Virus record (IMG/VR): IMGVR_UViG_3300025608_000017
Location: 20,154-84,153 of that record
Reading direction: 5' to 3' (one strand)
DNA: 64,000 bases
Source of the DNA: a virus
Taxonomy: Duplodnaviria; Caudoviricetes
A program made the translations under genes and the position numbers. The notes under the pieces were generated by a model that saw only the letters and a list, made by a program, of their open reading frames with translations, had not been told where the DNA came from and ran no database searches. Below, piece after piece: positions 41,254 through 50,488 of the stretch. Position 1 is the stretch's first letter; the number at the start of each line of letters is the position of its first letter.

Positions 41254-42081
41254 TTATATCCAATTGTCTATTACCCATTGATCTTTGCAGTTGTGCGGAT
41301 TAGGATCACCATGAAATACTGCTACACTTGTTGCATCTTTAATCACAGGATCGCCGTTCTTTTCAAAGTCACGCTGTCCCCTAGGCTTGTTGTTGTAACG
41401 AGGTTTGCCACGCATTTCCCACTTGTAGCTTTCGATCCATTCATCAGGCCAATATGCATAAGTGCCATCTTTAACAGTTGCTCGAATCCAGTCTTGATCA
41501 CCGTGATAGCGTCTGATAGGAATGTTTGGGCTTTTGATAAAGTCTGTGTACACTGCACTGTGTTGTCCGGTATTAAGCCTAAAAATACTGCTATTAAATT
41601 TGTTGTAGTTACGTATCATAGATCTATTAAAATCACGTATGATACAGAATTTTCCCGGCTCATATGTAAACAGGTGATCGATATTTCTAAAGATCACAAC
41701 ATCAAGGTCAAAGAAAAGAATTGTCCCGTTTAAACCTAGTTTGGGATTAAAGAACATAGGCTTATACCACCAACCTTGTACACCTGCAATTGGCGGCAAC
41801 GGCTCAATTCTAATCTCACTGTCAATGTCTGTAGGATTTTCTGTATAGCACACAAACTCAAACGGAACTGTTAAGTTACGCTTTACCATAGAGTAAAGTT
41901 TATTAACATATTCCGCCGAGTATTTGTTGCCGTACTTTAAACAGACTACATAATTATTTCTAGTTGTTCTCAATGGTGTAGTAGAAGGCAAAGAATTACT
42001 TACTGATTTCTTTTTTTCTTTGTCGAGTGCTTTTCTTGCTCGACGCTGATCCTTAGTTTCTCCATTGATATACTTTTTCAT
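41254..42081 (-). CDS. GT-A fold glycosyltransferase-like protein
   Basis: CLKYGNKYSAEYVNKLY, FFDLD (DxD), FNSS, GDQDW, AVFHGDPNP. Confidence 0.8.
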   Translation of the reverse strand: MKKYINGETKDQRRARKALDKEKKKSVSNSLPSTTPLRTTRNNYVVCLKYGNKYSAEYVNKLYSMVKRNLTVPFEFVCYTENPTDIDSEIRIEPLPPIAGVQGWWYKPMFFNPKLGLNGTILFFDLDVVIFRNIDHLFTYEPGKFCIIRDFNRSMIRNYNKFNSSIFRLNTGQHSAVYTDFIKSPNIPIRRYHGDQDWIRATVKDGTYAYWPDEWIESYKWEMRGKPRYNNKPRGQRDFEKNGDPVIKDATSVAVFHGDPNPHNCKDQWVIDNWI

Positions 42082-42530
42082 TATGCTTCGTAGATAGCTG
42101 AGTTAGCGCCGTGCTCTGCACATTCTACCTTTACACAATAACAACGACCGTCTGTTGCTTCTCGAATCAGTTTGTCAGCAAAGTAAAATGCGTGTTCTGC
42201 AAACTTCTCTGCACCTACACCGCCAAACTCTCTTACTTCACATAATCCTTTTTCTTGTAGATCATAAAAGTCTTGTTTGTGTGGATCGTTAAAGTCTACA
42301 CATAGTTTGTGATCGAAGTTTTCTTCCAGCCATGCTTTGAGTGGCTTTAGCCCACCAAAGTCTACTGCCCAGTTTTTATTGTCTAGATAATCACATCCAA
42401 ATGTAAATGTAAATGCTAGACTGTAACCGTGTAGTAGATGACAGTGTGAATGATCTGCGTTAGGTTGACGGAACACCGCTGATAGTCCGATGTTGTGTCC
42501 GTAGTGTTTTGTGCTTAGATGTCTTGCCAT
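42081..42530 (-). CDS. queD: 6-carboxytetrahydropterin synthase QueD (PTPS family)
   Basis: CHLLHGY, VDFGGLK, FDH, V.C.E...NSA. Confidence 0.88.
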   Translation of the reverse strand: MARHLSTKHYGHNIGLSAVFRQPNADHSHCHLLHGYSLAFTFTFGCDYLDNKNWAVDFGGLKPLKAWLEENFDHKLCVDFNDPHKQDFYDLQEKGLCEVREFGGVGAEKFAEHAFYFADKLIREATDGRCYCVKVECAEHGANSAIYEA

Positions 42531-42599
42531 ATATTTCTCCTATTAAATATGCGGCGGCAGAGTTAGAAGGGTTGACGCCAAGTCCTTATACTAAGTATA

Positions 42600-43181
42600 C
42601 TACAAACTACTTATGTTGTCAACCTTTACATTAGGATATTTCCAGGCTTTTGGCAGTTGCCAGTTATCTAGCTGATGTATAATAAAATTAGTATTTGAAA
42701 AATGTTGAAATATTTTACCTATTTGATAGATCCAGTATCTTGGATCAACTGCATTCTTGTGTGCAAGAGAATAATTTGTTGTATCTTTGTATATATTGTT
42801 GACTTTGTTGTCTATGCTGTACAAATCGAAGCCTATTAAATGTATGTCATCTGTTGTCAACTTTGCTGCTAGTAGCACAGCATATGGCCCAGCTCCCCAA
42901 TGTATAGGATCGTCAGGACGTTCGCTACCTGCATAAGGCAAGTCCGGAACCATTCGTATGTTCTTTACTGATTTATAATTTACAAAATGGTTTTTGCGAG
43001 TATGCACTTTTGCATGCTTATGATAAAATTTATCAAATGCTTCGACTAGCATACGTTTGTCAACACATATTAAATGATCTACTTTAGTATCCCTTAGTAT
43101 TGCATTACAGCCTATTTTGGTATACTCCAAAGACTCGAGATCTATGCCGTGACGGCTTTCACCATTTCCAATTACTAACAT
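42600..43181 (-). CDS. Rossmann-like protein (MptE-like/glycosyltransferase-related)
   Basis: LVIGNGESR, GCNAI, LICVD, IHLIGFD. Confidence 0.6.
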   Translation of the reverse strand: MLVIGNGESRHGIDLESLEYTKIGCNAILRDTKVDHLICVDKRMLVEAFDKFYHKHAKVHTRKNHFVNYKSVKNIRMVPDLPYAGSERPDDPIHWGAGPYAVLLAAKLTTDDIHLIGFDLYSIDNKVNNIYKDTTNYSLAHKNAVDPRYWIYQIGKIFQHFSNTNFIIHQLDNWQLPKAWKYPNVKVDNISSL

Positions 43182-43189
43182 AATGTTAT

Positions 43190-43495
43190 TTACTTTTTAA
43201 TTTCGTTGACTTCTTTTTTAATATCAACTACTTCTTCAACAACTATATCAAGTTTTTCTGAAGTTTTGCCAAGCACACTTGTGACACCTGCAATAGTGTA
43301 CAGTGCCCACCACCACCAAACCACACTAACTGCAAACATTAGTGTTGCACCAATAGTGAGTGTTACATGATAATATGATCGTAAGCCGATAAATTCTAAG
43401 AAGAACAAGCCTGCGAGAGCAACTAAGGGCAGCACAGTTGCCGCCCATGCCCATATACTAATTTGCGATAATGCTCGCTTGTGAAATTCTTTCAA
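43190..43495 (-). CDS. two-TM membrane protein
   Basis: Two long hydrophobic segments and a charged C-terminus. Confidence 0.7.
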   Translation of the reverse strand: MKEFHKRALSQISIWAWAATVLPLVALAGLFFLEFIGLRSYYHVTLTIGATLMFAVSVVWWWWALYTIAGVTSVLGKTSEKLDIVVEEVVDIKKEVNEIKK

Positions 43496-43563
43496 TTGTA
43501 TTAGCCCTTTGTATTATTAATATATATATTTAACTAAAGTTATTGTTTAATTATAATACTATT

Positions 43564-44688
43564 TTATGAGCTAATTTGACCAAATGCTTTCCATTCGCCT
43601 GGAGTGCCTTCACGTACACACACCCATCCTACATAACCTGTTGCTACTGCCTTTGTATTGTATACAATATCGCCTTGACGGTAAGTTCCACTTGAAGGAA
43701 TAGCAGTGCCTGTCATTATTTTTGTGCCTGATACTTCAATGCCGTTAGCAGTTGCAAAGCTGACATCTTCTGATACATTATTAACACCTACACCTAACTT
43801 ACCATGTACACTCACTCGTGCATCAGATCTTCCGTTCCTGCCAAACTCAACCTTACCGTTTGCACGAACTGTAATTCTTGTGGTATTGTCAGTAACAATA
43901 GTCAAGTCATCTGTTGTCCAGTTACCAATTTTAGTTGTCTCGCCTTCTACGTCAATTACAAATTCTGATTCTAAACTAGTAACGCTGATACTTCCGTTAG
44001 GCGATTCTGTGCCAAAACCAAGACGTTGGCTATCACTATCATAGATGATAAATTCATCTATTACCAAATTTCCATTTGTGCGTAAATTTTGTAATGTACC
44101 TACACTAGTAAGACTAGATCTAGTTATGCCTGACCCTAGTTCACCGCTACGTAATACTACGGTATTACCAATCGAGTATGTAGATTCATTGTCTATATCT
44201 ATCGATTCAGTAGAATATATTCTATCTGGATTAGCTCTGTATATAAATTGTTTAGTAGGACCTTGTCCTCGCCATTGTAAACCTTTTCCGTATATGCCGT
44301 TATCGTCAGCTATAAACTCTAATGGAGTGGTACGTTCATTTCGTACATCAGCAGTAAGTTCATTTACATGCAACTTTTGTGCAGTTATTAAACCTTCAAC
44401 TGATAAATCGCCATATACAGTAGGACTACTACTAATATGATCAGTAACTAAATTGGTAATACTAACACCATTATCATTAAGATGCATTACACGCTTCCGA
44501 GACTCGTCTGCGATACCAGTACTGCTAAAATTACTAATAGTGCCGCCGTGTACTTTATCGCCGCTGATTTCGTTATTAATAAAGTCAGGCTTGGGTGCAG
44601 GAGCAAGGGCAACAGCTTCTAACCCGTCTGCAACTTGAGCTAGTGCTATCTTTATCTTGTTAACAGTATCGTTAATGTGTTCTGCCAT
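43564..44688 (-). CDS. virion/tail-associated beta-rich protein (paralog 1)
   Basis: C-terminal GTYRQGDIVYN...GWVCVREGTPGEWKAFG. Confidence 0.7.
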   Translation of the reverse strand: MAEHINDTVNKIKIALAQVADGLEAVALAPAPKPDFINNEISGDKVHGGTISNFSSTGIADESRKRVMHLNDNGVSITNLVTDHISSSPTVYGDLSVEGLITAQKLHVNELTADVRNERTTPLEFIADDNGIYGKGLQWRGQGPTKQFIYRANPDRIYSTESIDIDNESTYSIGNTVVLRSGELGSGITRSSLTSVGTLQNLRTNGNLVIDEFIIYDSDSQRLGFGTESPNGSISVTSLESEFVIDVEGETTKIGNWTTDDLTIVTDNTTRITVRANGKVEFGRNGRSDARVSVHGKLGVGVNNVSEDVSFATANGIEVSGTKIMTGTAIPSSGTYRQGDIVYNTKAVATGYVGWVCVREGTPGEWKAFGQISS

Positions 44689-44692
44689 TTTA

Positions 44693-45571
44693 TTATCCTA
44701 TTTGTCCAAACGGACGCCATTCGCCTGGCGTACCAGTTCTTGTGCAAACCCAGCCGACATGTCCAGTTGATACAGGCGTATCGTTCCAAACTATATCGCC
44801 TTGTCTGAAAGAACCTGTTACTGGTATACTTTGGCCTACCATAAATTTCTTGTTTTCAAATTTAACAGGACCACTAGTACTCAGCATTACATCCGAGTCT
44901 ATGTGATTAACACCTACTCCAAGTTTTCCATGAACTGATACTAACGTATCAGAACCGTCTGGATCTCCAAGATCTATTTTTCCATTTGCTCGAATAGTTA
45001 ATCTAGCTGTGTCGTCGGTTATAATTTTTAAATCGTCAGCAGTCCATGTGCCTAATTTAACTGCTCTCGGCTCAGTATCTATTATAAATTCGCTATCGAG
45101 TGTAGCAATACTAAGTTTGCCGTTTGCAGATTCTGTTCCTATTCCTAGTGATTCTGAATCACTATTATAGAATATATAATCGTCAATAGACAAGTTTCCC
45201 TGTGTACGTAGGTTTTGTAGTGTGCCTACAGTAACTAGACTTGAAGTTCTTATACTGCTGCCTAGTTCTCCGCTACGCAATACTGTAGTGTTACCAATCA
45301 TGTAACTCGACTCAGGTGCTAAATCGATACTTTCAGTAGTCCATATTCGGTCTGGGTTTGATCTATATGCAAACTGTTTTGTAGGGCCAGAACCACGCCA
45401 TTGAAGTCCTTGACCGTACGGTCCGTTTTCTCCATCGGCGATAAATTGCAAGGACTTTGACGATTTAAGTAAGACATCCTCAACCGATAATGCAGATTGT
45501 ACAATATCAGTAATTGATTCTCCTAGTGCTTCTAACGCTGTATGTAAAGTTTGATGATTATTTTGATCCAT
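44693..45571 (-). CDS. virion/tail-associated beta-rich protein (paralog 2)
   Basis: Shares GLQWRG.GPTKQF.YR.NPDRI and the C-terminal motif with paralog 1; start MDQNN. Confidence 0.7.
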   Translation of the reverse strand: MDQNNHQTLHTALEALGESITDIVQSALSVEDVLLKSSKSLQFIADGENGPYGQGLQWRGSGPTKQFAYRSNPDRIWTTESIDLAPESSYMIGNTTVLRSGELGSSIRTSSLVTVGTLQNLRTQGNLSIDDYIFYNSDSESLGIGTESANGKLSIATLDSEFIIDTEPRAVKLGTWTADDLKIITDDTARLTIRANGKIDLGDPDGSDTLVSVHGKLGVGVNHIDSDVMLSTSGPVKFENKKFMVGQSIPVTGSFRQGDIVWNDTPVSTGHVGWVCTRTGTPGEWRPFGQIG

Positions 45572-45581
45572 ACAGTATTTA

Positions 45582-46919
45582 TTAAAATGCAACAGTATCC
45601 AAATCAGCTACTAAAATTTCCTCAAATGTTTTCTTCTTATACTCTACAATTTCTGCTTTGAGAGACTTTGCTTTTGCTTTGAGTTTGGCAATTTCTTCTG
45701 CTGTCAAACTACGCATAGGAAGCCCTAAGAAGCCCTTTACACGCCCTTGTAAAATACTGTCATATGCTTCAGCTTGTGAGATCACTGCTGTCTCCTTGCT
45801 GTTGCGAAGCTCTATGGCACCATCTACAACGCCTTGGATAAACTTTGCGCGAGCATTAGTGTAATCCATTTCTTCTTGCATACTTGACAGCAAGTGTTGC
45901 TTGCGTTTGTCGTTGTACTCAATACGTTTGACGTACCATGCTTCTAACAGATCGTTGAGACTGTTAAAGATAACAATCTTGTTGTTCTCATCAATACAAG
46001 TAAAATTTTCACTTACCTTCTTAATCAGTTTGAGTTTGGTCATAATCCATTCGTCTGTACGCTCGCCGAACGCACGATCTACTTGGATCTCAAACTCGAA
46101 CACATCATTGTCGCTCAAGTCGTCAAAGTCTTTGATCACTTTGTCCTCAACCAGCTTGTCTAACACTGCTTGATACTGTTTGAGTGTATAGCCCACAGGA
46201 AGTGAATCAATGGTTATACGGTGCTTGGTCTTACGTGTAAAGCTGCCTGTAATCTCCCACTGTACTTTGCTTTCGCCTTTGTTGACTGTACAGCTCATAC
46301 CTTCCCAATGCGGAGTAAGGTTAGCAGTAATACGTTCGCCAGCGGCACGTTGCTTTACCCACTTGACAATCTCTTTAGGCTTGCGTGGCAGAATCTTCTG
46401 TGCAAAGCCAATACTTACACCTTCGCTGCCGTTGATTGCAAGCATAGGCAATACAGGCACATAGTAGCGTGGCTCAATCTTTGCACCTTCAAAGTCTTGG
46501 TGCTCTAAGTTAACAAAGTCATCTTTGATGTACAGTGACTTTAGAATAGGATTCATACGTGCAAAGATATAACGTGTAGCAGCCGCATCATTAATAAATG
46601 CTGATCCGAAGTTGCCATCGCCTTCCAGCAAAGGCACGTTGTTGCCACTGCCCACATAGTCAGCAGTCATGTTAACAATAGTGCCTTCCAAGCTACCATG
46701 CAAGTATTGTGCATAGTCCTGTACCTTAGGACCCAAGTTGCTTACTTTTGTAAACTTGTCAATGTTCTGTTGTAGTACTGTGTGTACAATCTTACGACTT
46801 GCGTTCTTTTGTCCGTCAATGTAGTTTGCCAGCTTGCGCACATTGTCATACACTGAGAAGTCAATGTATTCGTTCTTAAAGAAATCTTCTAATGGTAGTG
46901 TGTTTACTTGTTGTGTCAT
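45582..46919 (-). CDS. type IIA topoisomerase, breakage-reunion subunit (gp52/GyrA-like)
   Basis: DGQK...RK, YLHG, GNFGS, AATRY catalytic Tyr, PVLPM..ING.EG. Confidence 0.93.
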   Translation of the reverse strand: MTQQVNTLPLEDFFKNEYIDFSVYDNVRKLANYIDGQKNASRKIVHTVLQQNIDKFTKVSNLGPKVQDYAQYLHGSLEGTIVNMTADYVGSGNNVPLLEGDGNFGSAFINDAAATRYIFARMNPILKSLYIKDDFVNLEHQDFEGAKIEPRYYVPVLPMLAINGSEGVSIGFAQKILPRKPKEIVKWVKQRAAGERITANLTPHWEGMSCTVNKGESKVQWEITGSFTRKTKHRITIDSLPVGYTLKQYQAVLDKLVEDKVIKDFDDLSDNDVFEFEIQVDRAFGERTDEWIMTKLKLIKKVSENFTCIDENNKIVIFNSLNDLLEAWYVKRIEYNDKRKQHLLSSMQEEMDYTNARAKFIQGVVDGAIELRNSKETAVISQAEAYDSILQGRVKGFLGLPMRSLTAEEIAKLKAKAKSLKAEIVEYKKKTFEEILVADLDTVAF

Positions 46920-46921
46920 TT

Positions 46922-48712
46922 TTACACCTTCATAATGTCAAAGGGAGCGCTCTGAAGCAGTTGTTCTTTTCTATAGTCAATTGTACTACCACTAAACCAA
47001 TTTGTAAAGAGATCTGTGTCAGCAATGCTCACTGTAGGCAGCATTTCTTCCATAGTGTCTGTGTCAATGATGTGTTTGAGATCTTTCTCACTCCAGCTAC
47101 CCAAACCTTTTACATAGCTTACATCCAGTTTGTGATCAATCTTGTTCACATCTGCAAATGTATATGCCCACTCTTTTACAACATTGCTCTTTTTACCAAT
47201 TGCAATAGGAGTACGCAGGATTTTCATCTTGCCGTTGTTGAGGTGCTCCGGAAAGTACTTGAACATAAACAGTGACACAAGTCCTCTAATACGTGATCCG
47301 TCAGCGTCAGCATCAGTAGCAATACAAATCTCTGCGTCTGGGTAAGTTGTAATAATTGAATACAACTCTGTCAGCTCTTTGTTTGCACTGAACTTCTGAT
47401 GCGACACTTCCAGTACGTTAAGCGGTACACCTTTGAGTGCATAGAACGCATTACCTTTGCGTCCCAAACACTTGATCAAGCCACCACTTGCTGAGTCACC
47501 TTCTACTACAAAGATACGCTCTGTCTTGTGTCCAATAGCAGCAAAGTACTTGTCGCTCTTGATCTTTTTAGTTTTTTCTAACTTGCCCAAGTCTTTCTTA
47601 GCAGCCAAGTCTTCTTGCATTTTAGTGTATGCACAGATTTCGTTGATCAAGTCTTCATTCTTCATCAACTTGGCAACAATCTTCTTGGTGTCAATTTCGC
47701 CAATTGCTTCGCGACACTCTGCTGCTGAGTTTGTTACACGTTCTTTAGTCTGACTGTCAAACTTCAGTGCAGGGAAGCCGTTTACAATAGCGTGTACACG
47801 CAGGTGTTGTTTCAAACGTGCTGCTGTAATGTCTACCTTCTTGCGGCGTTTGAGTGTATCACGGAAGTCTTGCATAATAGTTGACAGGAAGTGATCAATG
47901 TGAGTACCACCTTTAACACTCAACCCGTTTACAAGACTGTGCGACTGATGCGATCCATCTGACTTAGCAATACCAAAGATTGCTTTCTCTGTGTTGAACA
48001 TGTCACAGTCGCCAAAGTAGTCTGCAAACTTCAAACGCACAATTTTCTTGTTGAAACGAAAGCGTACACTGTCAAATGCAAGTGCAAGTGAACGCACACG
48101 TTCTTCAATCATAGCAGTGTGTGCATCATCAATGTTCTCCATGCCAAAGAAAGCATAGTCAGGCTTGAACTTTACAGTTGTGCCTTTGAGTGCAGTTTCT
48201 TTTGTGCGGATACGATCAATCTGTCCGTTCTTGCCTACCATATGCACTTGTAGTTTGCCATCACTGCTTTTAGCATCAAACAGGCTGGAAGTCACAAATG
48301 TAATCATTGAACCAACACCGTTCATGCCAATTGACTCACGATTGTCGTCGTCAAAGTTTGATCCTGCTCGTGCTCGTGTAAACGCACTTACCATTTGATA
48401 TTCTTTACCGTCAGGAGTGTCAATCTCAACTGCGGGAATACCACGTCCGTTGTCGCTTACAACAATAGTGCCATCTGCTTCAATGTCTACATCAATGCGT
48501 GTAGCATACTCGCCTTTTGTGCGAACATGTTCATCTACACTGTTGTCAATGATTTCGTTAATAATTTTAAGTAATCCGCCTACGTAGTTTACCTTAGTAA
48601 ACTCTGCGTTGATAAACGCCTGTTCCTGTTGTACAACTTGACTGCCGCCGTACATTGAAAAGCGTTTACGGATGTGATCAGCATCCGATAGTAGTTTGAA
48701 GTTATCAGTCAT
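46922..48712 (-). CDS. type IIA topoisomerase, ATPase/TOPRIM subunit (gp39+60/GyrB-like)
   Basis: EIIDNSVDE, DNGRG, GMNGVG, EGDSA, TDADADG, KGLGS. Confidence 0.95.
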   Translation of the reverse strand: MTDNFKLLSDADHIRKRFSMYGGSQVVQQEQAFINAEFTKVNYVGGLLKIINEIIDNSVDEHVRTKGEYATRIDVDIEADGTIVVSDNGRGIPAVEIDTPDGKEYQMVSAFTRARAGSNFDDDNRESIGMNGVGSMITFVTSSLFDAKSSDGKLQVHMVGKNGQIDRIRTKETALKGTTVKFKPDYAFFGMENIDDAHTAMIEERVRSLALAFDSVRFRFNKKIVRLKFADYFGDCDMFNTEKAIFGIAKSDGSHQSHSLVNGLSVKGGTHIDHFLSTIMQDFRDTLKRRKKVDITAARLKQHLRVHAIVNGFPALKFDSQTKERVTNSAAECREAIGEIDTKKIVAKLMKNEDLINEICAYTKMQEDLAAKKDLGKLEKTKKIKSDKYFAAIGHKTERIFVVEGDSASGGLIKCLGRKGNAFYALKGVPLNVLEVSHQKFSANKELTELYSIITTYPDAEICIATDADADGSRIRGLVSLFMFKYFPEHLNNGKMKILRTPIAIGKKSNVVKEWAYTFADVNKIDHKLDVSYVKGLGSWSEKDLKHIIDTDTMEEMLPTVSIADTDLFTNWFSGSTIDYRKEQLLQSAPFDIMKV

Positions 48713-48741
48713 GATATTCCCTAATTCTGTATTGTCAGTAT

Positions 48742-48770
48742 ATTATATAGCCAGATAACTCAAAAGTCAA
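48742..48770 (-). promoter_or_regulatory. sigma70-type early promoter (topoisomerase)
   Basis: TTGACT-N17-TATAAT. Confidence 0.8.
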
Positions 48771-48823
48771 GATTTTTAATTTAACCTTCGCTTTCTTGAT
48801 TCCAAACGATACGTTTTTCTCTA

Positions 48824-50131
48824 CTATAGCTTTTCGTGTACTTCGAATCCGCGGAACGTTTTGAACCTCGGGAAACGAAGCGAGTAAGTGCCATCTTGAT
48901 TTTGCGTAATTGCATCTGCTCGTACCTCTACTAAATTGCCGATAATATCGCTACGATGAGTCCAATAATCATCGCGGTGGACATCAGTAAAACCGCTACC
49001 CACATTGACGCGAATATCTTTTCCATCATCGATCCCTTCACAAACGAATGCACCAAGACGGCCTTCATTCCTACCAGTGCCTTCTTCAACTTCCTTTACC
49101 TCCAATGTTACTTCGATAAACGGTTTTGCTTTGAGCCAAGCGTGTGTACGCTTGCATTCATAGGGCGCATCCACGTCTTTGATCATTACGCCTTCGTAAC
49201 CACCGTCTACAGCCTGCTTATTAAGCTCAACAAAGCGTGTCTGTCCTTCTTCTGAATCTAAATCGACTGTTTCCCAATCCAGTGCTGATACGTGCTGAAG
49301 TACGCTCTTATGCTCCTCTACCCAATGCTTGGTGATCTCACTACGGAAGCTCTGTGGCTTGTCCCACACACCGTTTTGAAAGCACCCTAATGGAATAGTA
49401 TCAAACAAGTGCAGTACAGCGTCAGTGCTTTGCTTCCCGTCTTTGCGATGTACTTGCTTCATAAGATCTTGGAAGTTAGCACTCATTACTTCACCGTCTA
49501 ACACTAGCGGATAAGGTACAGGATACTCTGCAACAACTGCTTCAAGTTCTTCAATGATGTGTCCAAAGTTGTGGAACTGTTTTCCGTTGCGGCTAAACAT
49601 TTCTACTTTGTTACCGCGAATGATTGTGATAACACGCACACCATCAAGTTTGATTTCGATCTGCTTCTTGCCCTTCATTTTCTTTTCGTGCTTGAGACTA
49701 TCGTGAGCAAGGGCACAAGTAAACACAGGCACAGTACCTGGTACTACTTTGTTCACAGTTTTCTCACTTACACCACAGCGCAAGTCTTTGATAAGGATAC
49801 GACGATACCAATCATTCCACTGTTCTGTAGTAGCAACACTCATTGCAAGTTCAATAGCATCGCGAGCCGCGTGTCCTGTTAGTTCACGTTGTTGTAGCTT
49901 GTCTGCAAGTTCTTTAAACACTTCCCAAGACAGTCCTTGTCCAGTCAATACATCTGAACGCATTGGTACTTGCTTTACACCAAATGTCACAAGAGCGTCA
50001 AGTGCCATGCGCAACCCTTCAAAAAACTCTGGAAGACCTTCTTCGTGTGCGGCTTTTAAGATTGCTTCTTTTTCTAAGCGACTGTTGTGTGTTTCCAGTG
50101 CGTGAATAATAAATGTAGGTGGTGTTCTCAT
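48824..50131 (-). CDS. lig: ATP-dependent DNA ligase
   Basis: KLDGVR, LDGEV, EGVMIK, WLKAKP, LRFPRF. Confidence 0.95.
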   Translation of the reverse strand: MRTPPTFIIHALETHNSRLEKEAILKAAHEEGLPEFFEGLRMALDALVTFGVKQVPMRSDVLTGQGLSWEVFKELADKLQQRELTGHAARDAIELAMSVATTEQWNDWYRRILIKDLRCGVSEKTVNKVVPGTVPVFTCALAHDSLKHEKKMKGKKQIEIKLDGVRVITIIRGNKVEMFSRNGKQFHNFGHIIEELEAVVAEYPVPYPLVLDGEVMSANFQDLMKQVHRKDGKQSTDAVLHLFDTIPLGCFQNGVWDKPQSFRSEITKHWVEEHKSVLQHVSALDWETVDLDSEEGQTRFVELNKQAVDGGYEGVMIKDVDAPYECKRTHAWLKAKPFIEVTLEVKEVEEGTGRNEGRLGAFVCEGIDDGKDIRVNVGSGFTDVHRDDYWTHRSDIIGNLVEVRADAITQNQDGTYSLRFPRFKTFRGFEVHEKL

Positions 50132-50151
50132 TGGTTGCGCCTCTGTTTGCC

Positions 50152-50343
50152 TTAATATGTATACATTATAGCATCACTGTCAGATTTGTCAACCGAATAA
50201 TATTCAGGCTCTATATCTAGTGATTCGTGAAAGTCGAATACAGACCATCCGTTTAGTGCATACCATGTTGCTTTTTTCGGTGTGCATAGAACAAGATGAT
50301 TCTCTTTATTTCGTTCTATGCTATATAAGCGATGTTCAATCAT
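50152..50343 (-). CDS. hypothetical protein
   Basis: Start MIEHRL overlaps the stop of the upstream small ORF; 3' end overlaps the ligase promoter. Confidence 0.45.
   Translation of the reverse strand: MIEHRLYSIERNKENHLVLCTPKKATWYALNGWSVFDFHESLDIEPEYYSVDKSDSDAIMYTY
50165..50192 (-). promoter_or_regulatory. sigma70-type early promoter (ligase)
   Basis: TTGACA-N16-TATAAT. Confidence 0.8.
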
Positions 50344-50488
50344 CCCAATCAATCTTTTTATATTTAGGTTTCTTTTTGATCTTGTTACCAATTACTTTGG
50401 GACGGAAGGGACCGTTTGGATCCCTTACCGCCTTTGCTTCAAAGTTGCGTCTCTTTGGCGCTTGTGGCCTACGCAGATTTTTAGACAT
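50336..50488 (-). CDS. 50-aa basic peptide, ArfA-like (not in the ORF track)
   Basis: Manual translation MSKNLRRPQAPKRRNFEAKAVRDPNGPFRPKVIGNKIKKKPKYKKIDWDD; TAATG coupling; AAGGGT RBS. Confidence 0.7.
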   Translation of the reverse strand: MSKNLRRPQAPKRRNFEAKAVRDPNGPFRPKVIGNKIKKKPKYKKIDWDD

